NCBI GenBank assembly: GCA_035509435.1
Contig: DATJLR010000002.1
Coordinates: forward strand, 5,774-69,773
DNA from: Minisyncoccota bacterium
Lineage (GTDB): Bacteria > Patescibacteriota > Minisyncoccia > UBA6257 > 2-01-FULL-56-20
Reading direction: 5' to 3'
Length of the DNA: 64,000 nt
Made by a program: the position numbers and the translations under genes. Below, piece after piece: positions 57,093-64,000 of the stretch. The notes under the pieces were generated by a model. It was not told where the DNA came from and made no database searches. It was given only the letters and a program-made list of their open reading frames with translations. How positions within the stretch are numbered: position 1 is the stretch's first letter; each line of letters begins with the position of its first letter.

Positions 57093-57821
57093 ATGTCCGA
57101 GCCGAAAACCATCTTCGAGAACAAGGACTTTGTCGTTGTCGATAAGCCCGCGGGGCTCATGGTGCACGCGGCGCGCGTGAGCGGGCGGCGGCGCGGCAAG
57201 AAGGGCAGCGCGGATGAGCTCCGCGCCGTCGAGCCGACGCTCGTCGACTGGCTCCTCGTCCGCTATCCGGAAATAAAAAACGTAGGTGACGATCCATCGG
57301 TGCGGCCGGGGATCGTGCACCGGCTCGACAAGGCGACGTCCGGCGTGATGATCGTCGCGCGGACACCGGCGTCGTTCGAGCGGCTCAAAAAACTTTTCCA
57401 GGAGCACCGCATGGCGAAGACATATTTCGCGGTGGTGGAAGGCGCTCCGAAAGGTAAAAAGGGGACCATCGATGCGCCGATCGGGATAAAAAGCGGCTCG
57501 CTCAAGCGGAGCATCCATTCGTCGAAGATGGCAAAGCCGGCCGTGACGGAGTATTCAGTGGTAAAGGAGCTCAGCGGGGGCGGCAACGATGCTGCTCGGC
57601 GGACGCTATTGATGGTAAGCCCGAAGACGGGGCGAACCCACCAGATCCGCGTGCATCTCGCGAGCATCGGACACCCTATCGTAGGGGACGTGCTGTATGG
57701 GAAAAAGACAGGCGCTCCCCGCCTGATGCTCCATGCCTCCGCGCTCGCGTTTTCCGACGGTGCCGGGAACCGGTTCGAGTTCGAGGCGCCCCTGCCGGAA
57801 GATTTCGCCATCCGCCCATGA
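57093..57821 (+). CDS. RluA/RluD family pseudouridine synthase
   Basis: VDKPAGL.VH, GIVHRLDKATSG, TGRTHQIRVH, HPIVGD.LYG, LMLHA. Confidence 0.95.
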   Translation: MSEPKTIFENKDFVVVDKPAGLMVHAARVSGRRRGKKGSADELRAVEPTLVDWLLVRYPEIKNVGDDPSVRPGIVHRLDKATSGVMIVARTPASFERLKKLFQEHRMAKTYFAVVEGAPKGKKGTIDAPIGIKSGSLKRSIHSSKMAKPAVTEYSVVKELSGGGNDAARRTLLMVSPKTGRTHQIRVHLASIGHPIVGDVLYGKKTGAPRLMLHASALAFSDGAGNRFEFEAPLPEDFAIRP

Positions 57822-57829
57822 CAAGCCAC

Positions 57830-57838
57830 TTATCCACA
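57830..57838 (+). promoter_or_regulatory. DnaA-box consensus
   Basis: TTATCCACA upstream of the pilin promoter. Confidence 0.4.
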
Positions 57839-57924
57839 GGGCAGAAATGGCCGATGCCGTATAATATATTTATAGAGAAGTACGGAAAGGTCGAGTTTCT
57901 CTAACAACGCGTAAAATACCGATC

Positions 57925-58536
57925 ATGAAAATTAACAGGAAGAAAAAGGGCTTTACCCTCATCGAACTTCTCGTTGTCATTGCGATCATCGCGATCTTGG
58001 CGGTCGTGGTCGTTCTTACTTTGAATCCTGCCGAACTTTTGCGCCAGGCGAGGGACTCAAACCGTATCTCCGACTTCGCGACGCTGAAGAGCGCCTTGTC
58101 GCTGTACGCGACGGACGTATCGACTTCGACGCCGATGTATGGAGCACAATCCGGCGCCAGTGCGTTGAACCTCTATGCTTCGTATCCGACTGCTTCGTCA
58201 TCAGCTTTCTTCAATACTACGGGCACATGGGGATTCTTGGGCGGTGAGACAACAGTGACTTCCACCAATACCAGAGCGGTTGATGGATCAGGCTGGATCC
58301 CGGTTAACTTGAATGCGATCAGTTCGGGTGCCCCGATCAGCAGCTATCCAGTCGATCCTTCGAACACAGGTGGAAACCTGTATGTTTATGCTGCATCAAG
58401 CACCGTTTTTAAGCTCGCCACTAAAATGGAGAGCCAGAAGTATGGAGGAGCAACAAGTGTTTCGAACGTCACTCAGGGTGATGGGGGTAATAGTTCAAGC
58501 ACTTACGAGGCAGGAACGAACCTGACCCAACTGTAA
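57925..58536 (+). CDS. Type IV pilin (probable major pilin)
   Basis: KKGFTLIELLVVIAIIAIL; no LamG domain; own terminator; upstream of the PilB-like ATPase. Confidence 0.88.
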   Translation: MKINRKKKGFTLIELLVVIAIIAILAVVVVLTLNPAELLRQARDSNRISDFATLKSALSLYATDVSTSTPMYGAQSGASALNLYASYPTASSSAFFNTTGTWGFLGGETTVTSTNTRAVDGSGWIPVNLNAISSGAPISSYPVDPSNTGGNLYVYAASSTVFKLATKMESQKYGGATSVSNVTQGDGGNSSSTYEAGTNLTQL

Positions 58537-58559
58537 TCGCTTTCGGAACGTATCCGCAA

Positions 58560-58590
58560 AAAGCGCCGGAAAGACCGGCGCTTTTTGTTT
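58560..58590 (+). terminator. Intrinsic terminator after pilin
   Basis: aaagcgccgg-aaaga-ccggcgcttt followed by T tract. Confidence 0.8.
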
Positions 58591-58630
58591 TGCCGTGCGC
58601 TTTGGTATGATTAACCTACAGTCATACTCC

Positions 58631-60346
58631 ATGAAACTCCCTATCTCCCCGGATCAGCTCAAAAAATTATTGATCGAGCAGAATCTCATCGCCCCCGAAC
58701 GGTTCGATGATCTGTATCAGGAGGCCGACCGCAAGAACCAGAGCGTGATCGACGTCCTTGTCTCGGAAAAGATCGTCGAGCACAGCTATCTGAACGACCT
58801 CATCGCGTCCCTGCTCGGCGTGCCGCGTGCGGACTTTACGCTCAAGCCGGTGGACAAGGAGATGGTAAAGCTGCTTTCGGAGTCGGTGGCGCGCCAGCGC
58901 CAGGTGATCGTTTTCGGCAAGGAGAGCGATGGGACGTTCGATGTCGCCATGACCGATCCGTCGGACCTTGAGACACGCGAATTCCTTGCGCAGAAGCTGG
59001 GCGGCAAGATAAAGCCGTTCCTTGCCTCGCCGGAGGACCTTGACCGCGGATTCTCCGTCTACGGCTACGAGCTTGGCCAGGATTTCAAGAAGATAATAGA
59101 GGACAACGTACGCGCTTCGCTCGTCAGCCAATCCAAGGATGCCAAAGAGGCCGCCGGCGACCTTCCCATCGTCGGCATCGTGGATAACATCCTGTCGTAC
59201 GCGCTCGCGTCGCGCGCGTCGGACATCCACATAGAGATCCTCGAGGAATCCACGTTCATCCGCTACCGCATCGACGGCATCCTGTACCAGATCATGGACG
59301 TCACGAAGGCCATCCATCCTGGCATCGTTGCGCGCATCAAGCTGCTTGCGGGATTGAAGATCGACGAACACTTTGCGCCGCAGGACGGACGGTTCCGCTA
59401 TCAGCTTGGCGGCCAGACGATCGACGTCCGCGTTTCCACGATGCCCACGTTTTACGGCGAGAAGGTGGAAATGCGCTTGCTCGAGTCGTCGCAAAAACCG
59501 CTCTCGCTCGAAGAGCTCGGCATGACGCCGGAGGTGGCGCGCCTTGTTTCGGACAACCTTAAGAAATCCTACGGCATGCTCATCTCGTGCGGCCCGACCG
59601 GTTCCGGCAAGACGACCACGCTCTACGCGCTCATGAACATGCTCAACCGTCCCGAGGTGAACGTGACGACGGTGGAGGACCCGATCGAATACAACATGCG
59701 CTACGTCAACCAGACGCAGATCAATCCACAGGCCGGGGTCACCTTTGCGTCCGGATTGCGCGCGCTTTTGCGCCAGGACCCGAACATCATCATGGTCGGT
59801 GAGATCCGCGACGCCGAGACGGCCGATATCGCCGTGCAGGCCGCGCTCACCGGACACCTGCTGCTTTCATCGCTCCACACGAACGATGCGCCGACGGCGA
59901 TCCCGCGCTTCTTTGACCTCAACATTCCGCCGTTCCTCGTGAGTTCGGTGCTGAATCTCATCATCGCCCAGCGTCTCGTGCGCAAGGTCTGCCAGACCTG
60001 CATTTATTCCTATGACGCCGAGCCGGATGTCCTTGAAACGCTGAAGAAGCAGTTGAAGGGGAACGGCCTTGATCCGGAGAAGGTACATCTTCCGAAGACG
60101 CTTTACGCAGGCAAGGGATGTTCGTCGTGCGGCGGGACGGGATATCGCGGACGGCTTGGCATCTATGAGGTGCTGGAGGTGAACGAAAAGATGAAGGAAA
60201 TGATCGTAAAGCCGGAGTTCGATCTTGAAGGCACGCGGGCGGCGGCGCAGGCGGCGGGCATGAAGACCATGTTCGAGGACGGCCTGCAAAAAGTGGAGGT
60301 GGCGCTTACGACGCTCGAGGAGGTGCTGCGCGTGATCCGGGAATAG
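58631..60346 (+). CDS. pilB: Type IV pilus/T2SS assembly ATPase PilB/GspE
   Basis: ASDIHIE, PQDGR, GPTGSGKTTTLY, EDPIEY, LRQDPNIIMVGEIRD, TGH, tetracysteine motif. Confidence 0.93.
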   Translation: MKLPISPDQLKKLLIEQNLIAPERFDDLYQEADRKNQSVIDVLVSEKIVEHSYLNDLIASLLGVPRADFTLKPVDKEMVKLLSESVARQRQVIVFGKESDGTFDVAMTDPSDLETREFLAQKLGGKIKPFLASPEDLDRGFSVYGYELGQDFKKIIEDNVRASLVSQSKDAKEAAGDLPIVGIVDNILSYALASRASDIHIEILEESTFIRYRIDGILYQIMDVTKAIHPGIVARIKLLAGLKIDEHFAPQDGRFRYQLGGQTIDVRVSTMPTFYGEKVEMRLLESSQKPLSLEELGMTPEVARLVSDNLKKSYGMLISCGPTGSGKTTTLYALMNMLNRPEVNVTTVEDPIEYNMRYVNQTQINPQAGVTFASGLRALLRQDPNIIMVGEIRDAETADIAVQAALTGHLLLSSLHTNDAPTAIPRFFDLNIPPFLVSSVLNLIIAQRLVRKVCQTCIYSYDAEPDVLETLKKQLKGNGLDPEKVHLPKTLYAGKGCSSCGGTGYRGRLGIYEVLEVNEKMKEMIVKPEFDLEGTRAAAQAAGMKTMFEDGLQKVEVALTTLEEVLRVIRE

Positions 60347-60404
60347 GAAAAGTTATACACAGCGACTGATGGCGCTTTGGTGGCACCCTTAGTACTATAT
60401 ATGT

Positions 60405-63400
60405 ATGAAATATAAACCTATGTCTGTCAAAAGGTTTGTCCTTGTGGCATCCTTTTTTGCGGCCGCGTTCCTTTTAATAAATAACCAGTCGGCACACGCG
60501 GCAGCGTCGAACGTGTATATCGCCCAGAGCGCGGCAGGTTCCGGAAACGGTTCGAGCTGCGCGAACGCATACGCGTACAGCTTCTTTAACAGTTCCGGCA
60601 ACTGGGGAAGCGGCGCGAGCCAGATAGGTCCCGGCACCACGGTCCACGTCTGCGGCACGATCTCCGTCGGCGCAAACCAGGAAGCGCTTGTCTTCAATGG
60701 CAGCGGCACGAGCGGCAGTCCGATCACGCTGTATTTTGAGAGCGGCGCGGTCCTTACGTCGCCCGAATGGCCTGCCGATGGCTCCGGTGGCGCCATCGAC
60801 CTTGGAAGCCACAGTTATGTCACCGTCAATGGAAACGGCGGAACCAACGGAATGACGGAGGGCGTCATCCAGGCAACATCGAACGGCGATTCCAACGCGC
60901 ACTGCATCAGCGGGTCGTGCACGTCTCATGGCGACAGTAACGGCATTGAAGCGGACGCGGGCGCGGAGAACGTCACGATTGAAGGACTCACCATTAGCGA
61001 CATGTATGTTGCGGTAAGCGGTGTCTCGGGCGGGGGAGGCGGCAGCTGCATGTATAACAACGGCAATGTGAGCAATTGGACGATCACCGATAATATCATG
61101 CACGATATGGGGTGGTGCATCAGTCTCCAGTATAATGGCGGCACGTCATCAAACCTCACGATCTCCGATAACAACATCTATAACATTGACCATGGCATCG
61201 CGCTCGGCAGCGGATCTGCGGGTGAAACGTTAACGAACGTCAATGTCTACGGCAACTACATCCACGACTATTCCAACTGGGATACCGGCGCTGCCGATGT
61301 ATGGCACCATGACGGTATCCATATCTGGGGCTACAACGATGACGGTTCCGATCCGATCAGCAACGTCAACATCTACGACAACACATTCGGCGGGAGCGTC
61401 GGCACGAATCCGACGGCGCAGATCTTCATTGAGCGGAACGGCGGAAACACCAAGAACGTCAGCATCTATAATAACCTTGTCATGGATACCGGCGCCGGTA
61501 CCGATAACGACGGCTTGATCACTACCGGCCAGGACGGAGGATACAAGATATACAACAATACGATCGCGTGCACGAACCCGAACAACCAGGATATCGCGGT
61601 TGGAACTTCGAACTCCCCGAACATCACCTTCATCAATAACCTCGTGAGCGGCTGCCAGCTTGGCTTGATGTATCTGGGCGGCGGCAGCGTCGCGTCGGGT
61701 CAGATCCATAACAACATTTATACGGGTGGGCCCGGGAATTGCTCACAGGGAGGCGACGACTGCTTCGATTACGGCAGTTCCGGCTGGTACGGCTCGTTTT
61801 CGACCTGGGAGTCGCAGACCGGCGAGACGAATTCCACCTACGTTTCAACGGCGAACATTTCTTCCCTGGGCGTGCCGCAATCCGGCTCTCCTGCCATCGG
61901 CGCCGGCGCGAACCTGACGTCGCTCGGCATCGGCACGCTTGATTCCGACATAGCCGGCGTCGCCCGGCCTTCTTCGGGCGCATGGGATGTCGGCGCATAT
62001 GAGGTTTCGGCTGGTTCCGGCGGCGGGGGAGGCGGCACCACTGTTTCCGCGCCCGGCATCACGAGCGCGCTTTCGGTCTCCGCAACGGCCGGCAGCTCCT
62101 TCAGCTACCAGATCGGCGCTTCGAACAGCCCCACCTCGTATGGTGCGAGCGGCCTTCCGTCCGGACTCTCGGTGAACTCCGCATCGGGATTGATCTCCGG
62201 CACGCCGTCGTCCGCGGGGACATATTCCGTGACGATCTCCGCTTCGAACAGCGGCGGCACCAGCAGCGCAACGCTCACTCTCACGGTCGCATCCGCTGCC
62301 GTCACAAAGTACACTCTCGCGGTCGCAAAGGCAGGCACGGGCAGCGGTACGGTAACCGGCGGCTCTATAAACTGCGGCTCGACCTGCTCTGAGTCGGCGA
62401 ATGCCGGCACGAGCGTCACGCTCGCCGCCTCGGCCGCCTCTGGATCCACATTCTCCGGATGGTCAGGCGCGTGCACGGGAACGGGAACGTGCGCCGTTAC
62501 CTTGAATGCCGCCACGAATGTCACGGCGAACTTTACCCTCCAGACCGCGGCGCCTTCGGTCCCCGTCGTGACGAGCGCCCTTTCCGCGAACGGCACCGTA
62601 GGATCGTCGTTCGGTTACCAGATCACGGCGATCAACAGCCCGACGACCTATGCGGCCGTCGGCCTCCCCTCCGGCCTGTCCGTGAACTCCGCGAATGGCG
62701 TCATCTCCGGCACTCCTACTTCCGCCGGCACATATAATGTGACCCTGAACGCGAACAATGCGGCAGGCGTCGGCACTGCCACCCTGAAGATCACGATCGC
62801 GGCACAGGTTACCTCGGTCAACTACACGCTTACCGCTACGACCGCGGGAACCGGCTCGGGCAGCATGACAGTGGCCGGCCAGAGCTGCGGCTCATCCTGC
62901 ACCGCGACGGTGACAGGGACCTCGCAGGGTCCTGTGAGCGTGACGGTCACCGAGACCCCCGCCTCGGGATCCACATTCTCCGGATGGTCAGGCGCGTGCA
63001 CCTCGACATCATCAAGCTGCACGTTTACGATCACCGGCAACTCGACCATTACCGCCAACTTTACCGGCTCAACTTCCACCCCGCCGCCCGCTTCTTCGGG
63101 AAGCTGTTCAACGATCGGTTCTGGCTGGACGAATGTCCCCATCACATCGGAGACAAGCGGAATCTTTACGGTCTCCTTTGACGCCACGCCGGCGGCGAAC
63201 GACATTGATGCGGTGACCGGGCTCTCGACGAGCGCCGCATCGCAGTTCACCGACATGGCCGCTATCGTCCGCTTCAACACATCGGGAGACATTGATGCGA
63301 TCGACGGGCCGAACTACTTGGCGGCGAGCACGCTTCCGTATCAGGGAGGAATCACATACCACGTCACGATGACGGTGAACCTGGGCACAAAGACCTATTC

Positions 63401-64000
63401 AGCGACCGTGAGCTCCGCGGGCCATGCGACGACGACCGTCGCGCTCAACTATCCGTTCCGCGACACGCAGGCGGCCGCCTCGTCCATCGCGTATCTCGAT
63501 GCGCATGATGATGCGGGAACCCAGACCGTCTGCAACGTGATCGTGGGCACCACGAGCGGCGGTTCGACCACGCCGCCCTCGGGTTCATCGCCCGCGATCA
63601 CGAGCCCGCTTACGGCGAATGCCACCGTGGGATCGTCGTTCAGCTACCAGATCGGCGCAAGCAACTCCCCGTCGTCGTTCACCGCGACGGGCCTTCCGAA
63701 CGGCCTTTCCATCAGTAACTCCGCCGGCCGCATCTCGGGAACCCCGACAAGCGCCGGCACGTATGCCGTGACGCTCGGCGCCGTGAACGGTTATGGTACC
63801 GGCATGGCCACGCTTCAGATCACGATCGCTGCCGCACAGGCCTCCACTCCCACTCCGACCCCGGTCAACTTCACCCTTACGGCCTCGAGTGCGGGAACCG
63901 GCTCGGGCAGCATGACAGTGGCCGGCCAGAACTGCGGCTCATCCTGCACCGCCACGGTGAGCGGCACGTCGAACGGTCCTGTCGCAGCGATCGTCACCGA
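60405..64000 (+). CDS. Large secreted surface protein: beta-helix (pectin-lyase-like) domain plus Ig-like and InlB B-repeat-like modules (truncated by window)
   Basis: Not in the ORF track; read by hand from MKYKPMSVKRFVLVAS (signal peptide). It continues SNVYIAQSAAGSGNG, Asn-rich beta-helix repeats, SPAIGAG..RP..GAWDVGAYE, three FSYQI.A.NSP...GLP.GL...G.ISGTP..AGTY modules and GSTFSGWSGAC modules. Confidence 0.85.
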   Translation, partial: MKYKPMSVKRFVLVASFFAAAFLLINNQSAHAAASNVYIAQSAAGSGNGSSCANAYAYSFFNSSGNWGSGASQIGPGTTVHVCGTISVGANQEALVFNGSGTSGSPITLYFESGAVLTSPEWPADGSGGAIDLGSHSYVTVNGNGGTNGMTEGVIQATSNGDSNAHCISGSCTSHGDSNGIEADAGAENVTIEGLTISDMYVAVSGVSGGGGGSCMYNNGNVSNWTITDNIMHDMGWCISLQYNGGTSSNLTISDNNIYNIDHGIALGSGSAGETLTNVNVYGNYIHDYSNWDTGAADVWHHDGIHIWGYNDDGSDPISNVNIYDNTFGGSVGTNPTAQIFIERNGGNTKNVSIYNNLVMDTGAGTDNDGLITTGQDGGYKIYNNTIACTNPNNQDIAVGTSNSPNITFINNLVSGCQLGLMYLGGGSVASGQIHNNIYTGGPGNCSQGGDDCFDYGSSGWYGSFSTWESQTGETNSTYVSTANISSLGVPQSGSPAIGAGANLTSLGIGTLDSDIAGVARPSSGAWDVGAYEVSAGSGGGGGGTTVSAPGITSALSVSATAGSSFSYQIGASNSPTSYGASGLPSGLSVNSASGLISGTPSSAGTYSVTISASNSGGTSSATLTLTVASAAVTKYTLAVAKAGTGSGTVTGGSINCGSTCSESANAGTSVTLAASAASGSTFSGWSGACTGTGTCAVTLNAATNVTANFTLQTAAPSVPVVTSALSANGTVGSSFGYQITAINSPTTYAAVGLPSGLSVNSANGVISGTPTSAGTYNVTLNANNAAGVGTATLKITIAAQVTSVNYTLTATTAGTGSGSMTVAGQSCGSSCTATVTGTSQGPVSVTVTETPASGSTFSGWSGACTSTSSSCTFTITGNSTITANFTGSTSTPPPASSGSCSTIGSGWTNVPITSETSGIFTVSFDATPAANDIDAVTGLSTSAASQFTDMAAIVRFNTSGDIDAIDGPNYLAASTLPYQGGITYHVTMTVNLGTKTYSATVSSAGHATTTVALNYPFRDTQAAASSIAYLDAHDDAGTQTVCNVIVGTTSGGSTTPPSGSSPAITSPLTANATVGSSFSYQIGASNSPSSFTATGLPNGLSISNSAGRISGTPTSAGTYAVTLGAVNGYGTGMATLQITIAAAQASTPTPTPVNFTLTASSAGTGSGSMTVAGQNCGSSCTATVSGTSNGPVAAIVT
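62820..64000 (+). repeat. Near-identical internal duplications in the surface-protein gene
   Basis: gcgggaaccggctcgggcagcatgacagtggccggccaga...ctgcggctcatcctgcaccgc at ~62844 and ~63891; ggatccacattctccggatggtcaggcgcgtgcac at ~62442 and ~62968. Confidence 0.85.

Overview
GC-rich bacterial chromosome segment, standard genetic code. It is very probably from a Patescibacteria/CPR (Parcubacteria-like) genome; this is inferred from the compact gene set, several pilin-LamG fusions, a stand-alone PolA 5'-3' exonuclease and a short IF-2. Housekeeping genes include gyrB, pyrG, holA, rpsT, ruvA, murE, secE-nusG-rpsR, infB-rbfA, parAB, relA/spoT, topA-dprA and a pilB-like ATPase, plus seven tRNAs. The window also has an ApbE/FMN-binding/RnfD-like-FNR flavinylation cluster, four type IV pilin paralogs, a large repeat-rich surface protein cut off by the right edge, an island of small orphan genes after tRNA-Arg, and a LAGLIDADG ORF that reads through tRNA-Cys. 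The best candidate for a new system is at 16747-17413. There, an AT-rich BECR/RelE-like putative RNase gene is followed by two tandem copies of a covarying, possibly pseudoknotted RNA motif, with its own convergent sigma70-like promoter. This suggests an RNA-antitoxin (type III-like) or other ncRNA-nuclease module. All assignments come from motif reading by eye; no database search was run.
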